Source of the DNA: an uncultured delta proteobacterium
GTDB taxonomy: Bacteria > Myxococcota > UBA727 > VGSZ01
Length of the DNA stretch: 64,000 nt
NCBI GenBank assembly: GCA_963775425.1
Contig: CAVZJB010000004.1
Span: 64,001-128,000, forward strand
Direction: 5' to 3'
Below are positions 25,631 through 34,317 of the stretch, piece by piece. A model generated the notes under the pieces. That model had not been told where the DNA came from. It ran no database searches and was given only the letters and a program-made list of their open reading frames with translations. The translations under genes were made by a program, and so were the position numbers. Positions within the stretch are counted from its first letter, which is position 1, and every line of letters begins with the position of its first letter.

Positions 25631-26007
25631 CGGTGTTCCTCCCCGAGGTCGACGGCGAACGAGAACGGTTTGCGGACGAGGGCGCCGAGCGCGACGCGCC
25701 AGCGCGGCAGGCGGGCGCGAGCGGCGACGCGAGCGGCCGGGACGGCGACGCGCGCGGGCGGCGCGGAGACGCGGGCCGGCGCGGGCGCGACGACGACGAG
25801 GCGGAGCTCGCGCGCGTCCGAGCCGACGCCGCGCGCGACGACGCGGATGACGGGGGCGGCGGCGACGGCGACGAAGCCGTCGAAGCGGCGCCGGACGAAG
25901 CGGCGCGTGTCGCCTACGGTGAGAAAGCCGGTGCCCTCGACGAGGACGCGGACGGCGGTGGTGCCGGCGAGGGCGACGCCGGGGTGCTGGACGTCGAGGA
26001 TCTTCAT
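25627..26007 (-). CDS. Hypothetical protein (126 aa), beta-rich N-terminus
   Basis: ATGA overlaps with both neighbouring genes. Confidence 0.65.
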   Translation of the reverse strand: MKILDVQHPGVALAGTTAVRVLVEGTGFLTVGDTRRFVRRRFDGFVAVAAAPVIRVVARGVGSDARELRLVVVAPAPARVSAPPARVAVPAARVAARARLPRWRVALGALVRKPFSFAVDLGEEHR

Positions 26008-27539
26008 GTGCAGTCCACGATGATGTCGACGCGGCGGTTCTTCTCCTGGTGCGGAGAGTCGGGGCCGACGACGGCGTCGCGCGAGCCGCGGCCTTCGACA
26101 CGGATGTTGTCTCGTTTGACGGCGCGGTCCTCGAGGAGGACGTGGGCGACGCTCCGCGCGCGGCGCACGCTGAGGGCGTCGTTGTAGCGCTCGCTGCCGG
26201 TGAAGTCGGTGTGGCCGATGACGTCGATCATGAAGCCTCTCTCGGCGTGGGCGTGCAGGAGCGCCGAGAGCTTCTTGAGCGTCGCGTACGAGTCCGCGCG
26301 CGGGTCGGCGACGTCGTGGTCGAAGAGCACGTCGCCGGCGAGCGTCAGCCGCTGGCCGCACTGAAAGAACCGCTCCGGATGCGCGAGCGCTTCGTCGACG
26401 TCCATCCCCGGCGCGCCCGCCGGGCTCGAGGGGGGCGCGCCGCCGCCGCCGCTCGTCGTCGCGTCACCCACGCCCGCCCCGCCGCCCGCGCCGCCGTTCG
26501 CGCCGTTCGCACCGCCAGCGCCGCCAGCGCCGCCCGCGCCCGCGCCGCCGTTCGCGCCGCCCGCGCCCGCGCCGCCGTTTGCGTTCGTGGCGCCCGCGCC
26601 CGCGCCGCCGTTCGCGTTCGCGCCGCCCGCGCCGCCGTTCGCGCCCGCGCCGCCGTTCGCGCCGCCCGCGCCGCCCATACCCGCGCCGCCGTTCGCGCCG
26701 TTCGCGCCGTTCGCGCCGCCCGCGCCGCCGTTCGCACCGCCAGCGCCGCCAGCGCCGCCCGTGCCCGCGCCGCCGTTCGCGCCGCCCGCGCCGCCCGCGC
26801 CCGCGCCGCCCGCGCCGCAGCCGCCGCCCGCGCCGTTCGCGCCGTTCGCGCCGCCCGCGCCGTTCGCGCCGCCCGCGCCGCAGCCGCCGCCCGCGCCGCC
26901 AGCGCCGCCGCCCGCGCCGCCAGCGCCCCAGCCGCCGCCCGCGCCGCAGCCGCCGCCCGACGTGCCCGCGGGGTCGGCGGGGCATTCGCACAGCCCCGCG
27001 GCGTCGGCGCCGCGCTGCAGGGCGTGGCCGACGACGTGCTCGGCGCCGGCGACGGAGGCGAGCGGGGCGCAGGTCGGCGCCAGCAACGCCGTCAGCAGGA
27101 GCAGGAGCAACAGCGGCAGCAGGAGCACGAGCAACCAGAACAGGCACCCGTGGCGCGGCTTGAGCACGCGCGCGTAGATGGTGCCGCGGAGGATGCCGTG
27201 GGCGCGGGCGAGGTCGTCGAGGAGGGGCTCCTCGGTCCAGTCGAGCACGTGGACGTCCTCGAGGACGAGGTCGTGCACTACGGGGTTGCCACCGTCGTCG
27301 CGGGCGCCGAGCTCCACCCACGCGGGCAGGCGCGCCTGGCGGATGGGCGGCTTCGTCGACGACATCGGCGGCGGCGGCGACGCATGCGCCCCCCGCACCG
27401 CGCCGTGCAACAGCGCCAGCTCGAGGACCCGCGCCCCCGGCGCCCCCACGACGTGCATGGCGGACTTCCCCGACGCTTCGTAATGCCCCTCGAAGCTCCC
27501 CACGATCCAGCCGCCGGTGGCGACGACCTGCTTGTTCAC
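26004..27539 (-). CDS. Membrane-anchored OmpA/MotB-type peptidoglycan-binding protein with N-terminal unknown domain and Gly/Ala/Asn-rich linker
   Basis: TM HGCLFWLLVLLLPLLLLLLLTALL. C-terminal GDVLFDHD...IGHTDFTGSERYNDALSVRRARSV...GRGS...NRRVDI. GTGA overlap with the upstream stop. Confidence 0.85.
   Translation of the reverse strand: MNKQVVATGGWIVGSFEGHYEASGKSAMHVVGAPGARVLELALLHGAVRGAHASPPPPMSSTKPPIRQARLPAWVELGARDDGGNPVVHDLVLEDVHVLDWTEEPLLDDLARAHGILRGTIYARVLKPRHGCLFWLLVLLLPLLLLLLLTALLAPTCAPLASVAGAEHVVGHALQRGADAAGLCECPADPAGTSGGGCGAGGGWGAGGAGGGAGGAGGGCGAGGANGAGGANGANGAGGGCGAGGAGAGGAGGANGGAGTGGAGGAGGANGGAGGANGANGANGGAGMGGAGGANGGAGANGGAGGANANGGAGAGATNANGGAGAGGANGGAGAGGAGGAGGANGANGGAGGGAGVGDATTSGGGGAPPSSPAGAPGMDVDEALAHPERFFQCGQRLTLAGDVLFDHDVADPRADSYATLKKLSALLHAHAERGFMIDVIGHTDFTGSERYNDALSVRRARSVAHVLLEDRAVKRDNIRVEGRGSRDAVVGPDSPHQEKNRRVDIIVDCT
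26470..26960. repeat. Low-complexity coding repeat (GGAGGANG / GGGCGAGG units, PGRS-like)
   Basis: Recurrent GCGCCGCCC and GCGCCGTTC 9-mers over ~490 bp. Confidence 0.9.
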
Positions 27540-28129
27540 GGACGCTCGAGTGAGAAGCGCTCGCCGAGCTTGGCGAACCAGTGCTGGCCGAGCCGCGCCA
27601 CGGGAGCCACGGCGTGGGGCGACGCGTGGTTGTCCTCGAGCAGCTCGTCGGCGACGTAGAACGCCGCCACCTCACAGACGCAGAGGTTCACCTTGCTCTT
27701 GCGGCCGTAGCGATGCACGTCGACGAGCCTGCACTCGAGCGCCGCCCGCGAGGACTTCACGCGCACGCAGTCGATCGCCGCGCACGGCTCCGTCTCGACG
27801 TCGAGCGCTTCGATCTCGCTCACGTGCGGAGGCATGTCCGCCGAGCTCGCGTTCATGACGACGGCGTCAGGCTCTTCGACGAGGTTGATACACAGCACGC
27901 CGGTCTCCTCCGCGATGCGCACCGTATCTTTACGTGTCCCGTCCCTACGATCGGAGACCGCGATCGTAACCATGGGCGGATCCGCGCAAACGCCGTTGAA
28001 GTAGGAGAAGGGCGCGAGGTTGGTGCGCCCCTCCCTGTCCCGCGTCGACACCCACGCGATGGGCCGCGGGACGATGATCGACGTCATCAAGGCGTACGTG
28101 TCGCGCGGACGAAGACCCTGGAGAATCAC
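27536..28129 (-). CDS. Flavin reductase-like (DIM6/NTAB family) FMN-binding protein
   Basis: IVPRPIAWVST, NLAPFSYFN, KDTVRIAEETG, LECRL, PVARLG. GTGA overlap with the frr stop. Confidence 0.9.
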   Translation of the reverse strand: MILQGLRPRDTYALMTSIIVPRPIAWVSTRDREGRTNLAPFSYFNGVCADPPMVTIAVSDRRDGTRKDTVRIAEETGVLCINLVEEPDAVVMNASSADMPPHVSEIEALDVETEPCAAIDCVRVKSSRAALECRLVDVHRYGRKSKVNLCVCEVAAFYVADELLEDNHASPHAVAPVARLGQHWFAKLGERFSLERP

Positions 28130-28683
28130 ACCTCCATGATCTCCTTCTCTTTGGCGGCGAGCATGTCGTCGATGCGCTTCACGAACGCGTCGGTCTGATC
28201 CTGCACGCTCTTGAGGCCGCGCTTCTCGTCGTCCTGCGTGATGCTGCCGTCCTTGGACGCTTCCTTCAGCATCTCGTTGGCGTCACGCCGCACGCCGCGC
28301 ACGGCGACCTTGGCGTCCTCGCACTTGGTCTTCGAGAGCTTGACGTACTCCTTGCGGCGCTCCGTCGACAGCGGCGGCATCGGGACGCGGATGAGCTCGC
28401 CGTCGTTGTTCGGGTTGAAGCCCAGGTTGGCTTCGACGATGGCCTTCTCGATGTCCTTGATGATGCGCTTCTCGAACGGCTTGATGACGAGGAGGCGCGC
28501 GTCCTGCGCCGACACCGTGGCCACCTGGTTCAGCGGCGTGGGCGTGTCGTAGTAGTTGACGCGGACGCCGTCGAGCATCGACGGGTTGGCGCGGCCGGTG
28601 CGGATGGTGGCCATCTGCTTCTTCAAAGCGTCGATGGCCTTCTCCATGTTGTCTTTGGCGTCTTTGATGATGTCGTCGAGCAT
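28126..28683 (-). CDS. frr: Ribosome recycling factor
   Basis: 185 aa. IRTGRANP, YYDTPTPLNQVA, PPLSTERRKE, AVRGVRRDAN, KEKEIMEV. Confidence 0.97.
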   Translation of the reverse strand: MLDDIIKDAKDNMEKAIDALKKQMATIRTGRANPSMLDGVRVNYYDTPTPLNQVATVSAQDARLLVIKPFEKRIIKDIEKAIVEANLGFNPNNDGELIRVPMPPLSTERRKEYVKLSKTKCEDAKVAVRGVRRDANEMLKEASKDGSITQDDEKRGLKSVQDQTDAFVKRIDDMLAAKEKEIMEV

Positions 28684-28694
28684 GATGCGTCCTC

Positions 28695-29474
28695 CTACCG
28701 CGTCTCGCCGTCCGCGACCACCAGGGTGCCCACGGGCTCCCCTTTGACGGCGCGGGTGACGTTGCCCTTCGCGTGCATCGAGAACACGAGGATGGGCATG
28801 TTGTTGTCCATGCAGAGCGAGAGCGCCGTGGCGTCCATCACCTTGAGCTCCTTCTTCAGGGCGTCGATGAAGCGGACGCGGGTGAAGCGCGTGGCGTTCG
28901 GGTGGGTCTTCGGGTCGGCGTCGTAGACGCCGTCGACGTTGGTGGCCTTCATGATGACGTCGGCGCAGATCTCGTTGCCCCGGAGCGCGGCCGCGGTGTC
29001 CGTGGTGAAGTACGGGTTGCCCGTGCCCGCCGCGAAGATCACCACGCGGCCCTTCTCGAGATGCCGGATGGCGCGCCGGCGGATGTACGGCTCGGCGACC
29101 TCCTGCATGTTGATGGCGGACTGCACGCGGGTGTGGACGCCGGCGCGCTCGAGCCCGTCCTGCAGCGCCATCGCGTTCATGACCGTGGCGAGCATGCCCA
29201 TGTAGTCGGCGGCCGCGCGATCCATGCCGCTCGCCGACGCCTTCACGCCCCGAAAGATGTTGCCGCCGCCGATGACGATGGCGAGCTGCACGCCGAGCCC
29301 CGTGACCTCCACGATCTCCGCGGCGATCTTGTCGATGACGGCGGGGTCGATGCCGTAGCCCTGGGATCCCTGCAGGGCTTCCCCGGAGAGCTTCAACAGC
29401 ACGCGCCCATATTTGCAGCCGGGCGGCGGTTCGATCCGGGCGGCGGGCCCTTCGGAGGAGCGGATGTCGGCCAT
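28695..29474 (-). CDS. pyrH: UMP kinase
   Basis: [52 protein letters not shown]. Lies upstream of frr. Confidence 0.97.
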   Translation of the reverse strand: MADIRSSEGPAARIEPPPGCKYGRVLLKLSGEALQGSQGYGIDPAVIDKIAAEIVEVTGLGVQLAIVIGGGNIFRGVKASASGMDRAAADYMGMLATVMNAMALQDGLERAGVHTRVQSAINMQEVAEPYIRRRAIRHLEKGRVVIFAAGTGNPYFTTDTAAALRGNEICADVIMKATNVDGVYDADPKTHPNATRFTRVRFIDALKKELKVMDATALSLCMDNNMPILVFSMHAKGNVTRAVKGEPVGTLVVADGETR

Positions 29475-29559
29475 GCGCCCGCGTACCACGCCGCCGGGAA
29501 CGGCACGAGCCGCCCCGCCGAACCGCCGTGTCCCCGCCGGCCGGGGACGGGCTGAACAT

Positions 29560-29588
29560 TTGATGCGTGGCGTCCGTTCAGGTACTGT
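29560..29588 (+). promoter_or_regulatory. Sigma70-type promoter of lexA
   Basis: TTGATG (29560-29565), 17-bp spacer, TACTGT (29583-29588), 22 nt before the lexA ATG. Confidence 0.6.
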
Positions 29589-29600
29589 ACCCATGTACAG
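29585..29600. promoter_or_regulatory. LexA operator (SOS box) candidate CTGTAC-N4-GTACAG
   Basis: Palindrome with perfect 6-bp arms overlapping the -10 of lexA. Similar to the Myxococcus CTRHAMRYBYGTTCAG box. Extra half-sites CTGAAC (29552) and GTTCAG (29576). Confidence 0.75.
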
Positions 29601-29610
29601 GGGAGCAGCA

Positions 29611-30291
29611 ATGACCGAGGCCGAAGAGCTCACCGACCGCCAGCAGCGCGTGCTGCACTTCATCGAGACGCAGATCCGCAAGAACGGCTACCCGCCCACC
29701 ATCCGCGAGATCGGGCGGCACCTCGGCATCAAGAGCACCAACGGCGTCAACGACCACCTCAACGCGCTCGAGCGCAAGGGCTACGTCAAGCGGCAGGACC
29801 ACAAGTCGCGCACGCTCGCCGTCGTCAAGGCGCACGAGGACGACGGGGACGACCGGCTGCCCGGGCTGTCGTCGGGCGGCCCCGACGACGACATGGTCGA
29901 GGTGCCGCTCTTCGGCCGCGTCGCCGCGGGCGCGCCGCTGCTCGCCGTCGACAACCGCGAGGACACCGTGCGGGTCTCGAGCTTCTTCCTCGGGCGCGGG
30001 CACAAGTCCGAGAAGATCTTCGCGCTCCGCGTCGTCGGCGAGTCCATGATCGACGACGGCATCTTCGACGGGGACTTCCTCTTCGTGAAGAAGCAGCCCA
30101 CGGCGCGCCCCGGCGAGATCGTCGTCGCGATGATCGAGGGGGAGGCCACGGTCAAGCGCTTCTTCCCGGAGGGCGACCGGATCCGCTTCCAGCCGGCCAA
30201 CGCCCACATGGAGCCCATCTTCGTCGACAAAAAGCAGTTCCGGCAGACCGACATCCTCGGGGTGGTGGTCGGCGTGTACCGCCGGGTCTGA
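29611..30291 (+). CDS. lexA: SOS repressor LexA
   Basis: [27 protein letters not shown] cleavage site, GESM (Ser), EATVKR (Lys). Confidence 0.96.
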   Translation: MTEAEELTDRQQRVLHFIETQIRKNGYPPTIREIGRHLGIKSTNGVNDHLNALERKGYVKRQDHKSRTLAVVKAHEDDGDDRLPGLSSGGPDDDMVEVPLFGRVAAGAPLLAVDNREDTVRVSSFFLGRGHKSEKIFALRVVGESMIDDGIFDGDFLFVKKQPTARPGEIVVAMIEGEATVKRFFPEGDRIRFQPANAHMEPIFVDKKQFRQTDILGVVVGVYRRV

Positions 30292-30354
30292 GGCGCGAGC
30301 CCCGGACGCCGGCGGTTTGACCGCGTCGGAGTCGCAGGGATACCGTCGAGGGCG

Positions 30355-32505
30355 ATGAGACAGTTCCTCGACATCATCATGCAGGGCGACCTCGTCACGG
30401 TGTTGCGCCGCTACGCGGACATCGCGCTCGCCGTGCTCGTGATCGCCGTGGTCGCGATGATGATCGTGCCGGTGCCCACGCACCTCATCGACGTGATGTT
30501 GGTCATCAACATCTCGATCTCGATGATCATGCTGCTCATCTCGATGTACATCCCCGACGCGCTCAAGCTCGCGTCGTTCCCCACCATCATCCTCGTCACC
30601 ACCATGTTCCGCTTGTCACTGAACGTCTCGGTGACGCGCCACATCCTCCTCGACGCCGACGCCGGCGAGGTGGTGCGGTCCTTCGGTCAGTTCGTCGTCC
30701 AGGGCAACTTCGTCGTCGGCGTGGTGATCTTCCTCGTCTTGATGTTGATCAACTTCCTCGTCATCTCCAAGGGCTCCGAGCGCGTCGCCGAGGTGGCCGC
30801 GCGCTTCACCCTGGACGCGATGCCCGGCAAGCAGATGTCCATCGACGCCGACCTCCGCGCCGGCGCGTTCGACCTCGACGAGGCCCGCAAGAAGCGCAAC
30901 GACCTCGGGCGCGAGTCACAGCTCTTCGGCTCCATGGACGGCGCCATGAAGTTCGTGAAGGGCGACTCCATCGCGGGCCTCATCATCGTCGCCGTCAACA
31001 TCATCGCGGGCATCATCATCGGCGTCACGCAGCGCGAGATGACGGCGAACGAGGCCCTCGAGACCTACGCCATCCTCACCATCGGCGACGGCCTCGTCGA
31101 GATCATCCCCGCCCTCCTCATGTCCATCTGCGCGGGCCTCATCGTGACGCGCGTGGCCTCCGAGGAGGAGGACGCCAACCTCGGTATGGACCTCGCCACG
31201 CAGGTGTTCGCCCAGCCCAAGGCGTTCATCATCGCGGGCATCTTCGTCACGCTCCTCGCGCTCGTCCCCGGCCTGCCCGGCGTGCCGTTCTCCATCGCGG
31301 GCGCCGGCATCATCGGCCTGTGGTACGGCCTCGATCGCGCGCGCAAGGCCAAGGAGGGCGGGCTCAACCCCTCCGCCGTCGTCGAGCAGCGCGAGGAGAA
31401 GGCGGCCGAGGAGAAGAAGACGGCGGTGCAGAAGGCGCGGGCGCAGGAAGGCCAGAGCTCGCAGATGATGCCGGTGGTCACGCCCATCGCGCTCGAGGTG
31501 GCGGCGGACCTCGTGCCCCTCGTCGACGACACGACGGGCTCGAACTTCCTGAACGAGCTCATCCCCATGATGCGCGACGGCTTGTTCTACGAGCTCGGCG
31601 TGCGCTTCCCCGGCTTGCGTGTGCGCGGCAACGAGGGCGACCTGCCGCCGGGCAGCTACATCATCATGATCAACGAGATCCCGTTGGTGATGGGCTCCGT
31701 CGACAAGGCCAAGTGCCTCGTCAACGACACGCCGGACCGCCTGCGCCTGCTGGGCATCGAGGCCGAGCCCGCGCAAAACCCCGCCAACGGCAACGCCTGC
31801 GGCTGGATCTCGAACGACCAGCGCAAGCTCGCCGAGGACGCCGGGCTCACCACGTGGGACGCGCCCGGCTACATCGTGCTCCACCTGAGCGCGGTGCTCC
31901 GGAAGAACTCCGCCGAGTTCGTCGGCATCCAGGAGACGCAGAACATGCTCGAGCAGCTCGAGCAGGCGTTCCCCGCTTTGGTGAAGGAGGTCGTGCCCAA
32001 GGCCGTGAGCCCCTTTCAGCTCACGGACATCCTGCGCCGCCTCGTGGAGGAGGAGATCTCCATCCGCGACCTCCGGAACATCCTGCAGGCGCTCGCGGAG
32101 TGGGGCCCCGTCGAGAACGACACCGTCATGCTCACCGAGTACGTGCGCGCGGCGCTCAAGCGCTACATCTCGCACAAGTACACGCGCGGCCAATCCACGC
32201 TCATCGTGTACCTGCTCGATCCGCAGATCGAGGAGACGGTGCGCAGCTCCGTGCAGCACACCTCGTCGGGCAGCTACCTCGCGCTCGAGCCCGAGATCAC
32301 GCAGGAGATCCTCGCAGCCGTGCGCAACGAGGTGGGCAACCTGCCGCCGTCGGCGCAGCAGCCGGTGGTGCTCACCACCATGGAGATCCGGCGCTACTTC
32401 CGGAAGCTCGTCGAGCTCGAGTTCCCTCACCTCGCGGTGCTCAGCTACCAGGAGCTGAGCCCCGAGATGAACATCCAGCCCATCGCGCGCATCAGCCTGG
32501 GATGA
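30355..32505 (+). CDS. sctV: Type III secretion export gate protein (FHIPEP family, non-flagellar SctV/LcrD type)
   Basis: KGSERVAEVAARFTLDAMPGKQMSIDADLRAG and ESQLFGSMDGAMKFVKGD are SctV-type variants (FlhA typically has MAIDADLNAG and EADFYGAMDGASKFVRGD). C-terminal VLSYQEL. Confidence 0.9.
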   Translation: MRQFLDIIMQGDLVTVLRRYADIALAVLVIAVVAMMIVPVPTHLIDVMLVINISISMIMLLISMYIPDALKLASFPTIILVTTMFRLSLNVSVTRHILLDADAGEVVRSFGQFVVQGNFVVGVVIFLVLMLINFLVISKGSERVAEVAARFTLDAMPGKQMSIDADLRAGAFDLDEARKKRNDLGRESQLFGSMDGAMKFVKGDSIAGLIIVAVNIIAGIIIGVTQREMTANEALETYAILTIGDGLVEIIPALLMSICAGLIVTRVASEEEDANLGMDLATQVFAQPKAFIIAGIFVTLLALVPGLPGVPFSIAGAGIIGLWYGLDRARKAKEGGLNPSAVVEQREEKAAEEKKTAVQKARAQEGQSSQMMPVVTPIALEVAADLVPLVDDTTGSNFLNELIPMMRDGLFYELGVRFPGLRVRGNEGDLPPGSYIIMINEIPLVMGSVDKAKCLVNDTPDRLRLLGIEAEPAQNPANGNACGWISNDQRKLAEDAGLTTWDAPGYIVLHLSAVLRKNSAEFVGIQETQNMLEQLEQAFPALVKEVVPKAVSPFQLTDILRRLVEEEISIRDLRNILQALAEWGPVENDTVMLTEYVRAALKRYISHKYTRGQSTLIVYLLDPQIEETVRSSVQHTSSGSYLALEPEITQEILAAVRNEVGNLPPSAQQPVVLTTMEIRRYFRKLVELEFPHLAVLSYQELSPEMNIQPIARISLG

Positions 32506-32518
32506 CGGACGGGCTTGC

Positions 32519-33463
32519 GTGACCGCCGACCTCGCCGCCGCCCGCGTGCTCGTCACGGGCGCGCACGGGTTTCTCGGGCGCCGGCTCGTGAGAGCGCTCG
32601 AGGCGCGCGGGGCCGCCAAGAACGTGCTCGCGCCCTCACACGCGGAGCTCGACCTGCTCGATCGCGCGCGGCTCAAGGCGTACCTCGCCGACGCCCGCCC
32701 CGACGTCGTCTTTCACCTCGCCGCGCGCGTCGGCGGCATCGGCCACAACCGGGCCAACGCCGGCGTCCTGTTCCACGACAACTTGTTGATGGGCGTGCAC
32801 CTCCTCGACGAGGCCATGCACGCGGGCGCGCAGAAGGTCGTCGCCGTCGCCACCGTGTGCGCGTACCCGGCGCAGACGCCGGTGCCCTTTCGCGAGACGT
32901 CTTTGTGGGACGGCTACCCCGAGCCCACCAACGCGCCGTACGGGCTCGCCAAGAAGATGCTGCTCGTTCAGTCGCAGGCGTATCGCAAGCAATACGGCTT
33001 CAACTCGGTGGTGCTCTTCCCTGCCAACCTCTACGGCCCCGGTGACAACTTCGACCTCGAGTCGGGCCACGTCGTCCCCGCGCTCATCCGGAAGATCCAC
33101 GACGCGCGGCGCGCAGGCCTCGACCGCGTCACCCTGTGGGGCGACGGAACGCCCACGCGCGAGATGCTCTACGTCGACGATGGCGCCGAAGCGCTGTGCC
33201 TCGCGGCGGAGCGCTATGACGCGAGCGATCCCGTCAACGTCGGCACCGGCGAGGAGATCTCCATCCGCGCGCTCGCCGAGCGCATCGCGGCGCTCTACGA
33301 ATGGGAGGGCGAGCTGGTGTTCGATGCGTCCATGCCCAACGGCCAGATGCGCCGCAAGCTCGACGTGTCACGCGCCGAGGCTCTCTTCGGCTTCTCCGCG
33401 AGCACGCCGCTCGACGAGGGGCTCGCGCGCACCGTGGCGTGGTGGCGCGAGAGGACGGCGTGA
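32519..33463 (+). CDS. fcl: GDP-L-fucose synthase family (epimerase/reductase)
   Basis: VTGAHGFLG, HLAARVGGI, CAYP, YGLAK, NLYGPGDNF, HVVPALIRK, WGDGTPTRE. Confidence 0.9.
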   Translation: MTADLAAARVLVTGAHGFLGRRLVRALEARGAAKNVLAPSHAELDLLDRARLKAYLADARPDVVFHLAARVGGIGHNRANAGVLFHDNLLMGVHLLDEAMHAGAQKVVAVATVCAYPAQTPVPFRETSLWDGYPEPTNAPYGLAKKMLLVQSQAYRKQYGFNSVVLFPANLYGPGDNFDLESGHVVPALIRKIHDARRAGLDRVTLWGDGTPTREMLYVDDGAEALCLAAERYDASDPVNVGTGEEISIRALAERIAALYEWEGELVFDASMPNGQMRRKLDVSRAEALFGFSASTPLDEGLARTVAWWRERTA

Positions 33464-34317
33464 CCACGGACCGCGCGCTGCCGGTGGTCGCGGCCGCGCA
33501 GCGCGTCTTGGTGATCGAGCGCGGTCGGCGCCGCGCGTGGGCCGACGTCATCGACGTGTGGCGGTTTCGGGAGCTCGTGTACACGCTCGCTGCGCGCGAC
33601 GTGAAGGTGCGCTACGCGCAGACGGCGCTGGGCGTCGTCTGGGTGTTGCTGCAGCCGGCGCTCAGCGCCCTGCTCTTCTTCGCCGTCTTCGGCCGCCTGG
33701 CCAAGATGCCGTCCGACGGCATCCCGTACGCGGTGTTCGCCGTGACGGGCATCGTGCCGTGGCTGTTCGTCTCCAACTCGGTCGGTAACGCGTCGACCTC
33801 CGTGCTCACCGCGGCGCCGCTCATCGGCAAGGTCTACTTCCCGCGCCTCATCGTCCCCATCGCGGCCACCGCCGCGGCGCTCGTGGATCTCGTCGTGGCC
33901 ATGCCGCTCGCGATGGTGGCGGCGCTCCTGGCGGGGCTACACGTGTTCACCCCCGTCCTGCTGCTCGCGCCCTTGTTCTGCCTCGGCCTCGTCGTGGCGG
34001 CGGCGGCGGTCGGCACGCTTTTGTGCTCGCTCACCGTGGTCTTTCGCGACTTCCGCCACGTCATCCCTTTCCTCATCCAGATCTGGCTGTACGCCACGCC
34101 CATCGTCTATCCGTCGAGCCTCGTGCCCGAGCGTTGGCGGCCGGTCTTCTTTCTGAACCCTGTCGCGGGTGCGCTCGAAGGCTTCCGCGCGTCGGTGTGC
34201 GGGCTCCCCGTCCCGTGGGACGGCGTGCTCGTCTCCACGCTGTCGTCGCTGTTCCTGCTCGCGGTCGCGTTGCGCGCCTTTGCCGCCGTAGAGCGCCAGC
34301 TCGTGGATCGCCTGTGA
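33460..34317 (+). CDS. wzm: Polysaccharide ABC transporter permease
   Basis: RDVKVRYAQTALGVVWVLLQP, KVYFPR, FRDFRH, YATPIVYP, LNP. Confidence 0.9.
   Translation: MTTDRALPVVAAAQRVLVIERGRRRAWADVIDVWRFRELVYTLAARDVKVRYAQTALGVVWVLLQPALSALLFFAVFGRLAKMPSDGIPYAVFAVTGIVPWLFVSNSVGNASTSVLTAAPLIGKVYFPRLIVPIAATAAALVDLVVAMPLAMVAALLAGLHVFTPVLLLAPLFCLGLVVAAAAVGTLLCSLTVVFRDFRHVIPFLIQIWLYATPIVYPSSLVPERWRPVFFLNPVAGALEGFRASVCGLPVPWDGVLVSTLSSLFLLAVALRAFAAVERQLVDRL

Noticed and set aside
26470-26960. CRISPR array, or a Pro-rich plus-strand protein (26587-27177)
   Set aside because: No constant repeat with unique spacers and no cas genes. It is the Gly-rich coding linker of the minus-strand OmpA-domain gene.
23017-27539. 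Calling the operon a Zorya or MotAB system
   Set aside because: Gene order and domain layout differ (OmpA gene first with a large N-terminal domain, no recognisable MotA/ZorA motif, no ZorC/D/E). Only an architectural analogy is supported.
29530-29548. Hairpin GTCCCCG...CGGGGAC between pyrH and lexA as a terminator
   Set aside because: No U-tract, and it lies between divergent genes. GC-rich hairpins arise easily by chance here.
30355-32505. Flagellar flhA
   Set aside because: Signature residues are SctV-type and there are no flhB/flhF or other flagellar neighbours.
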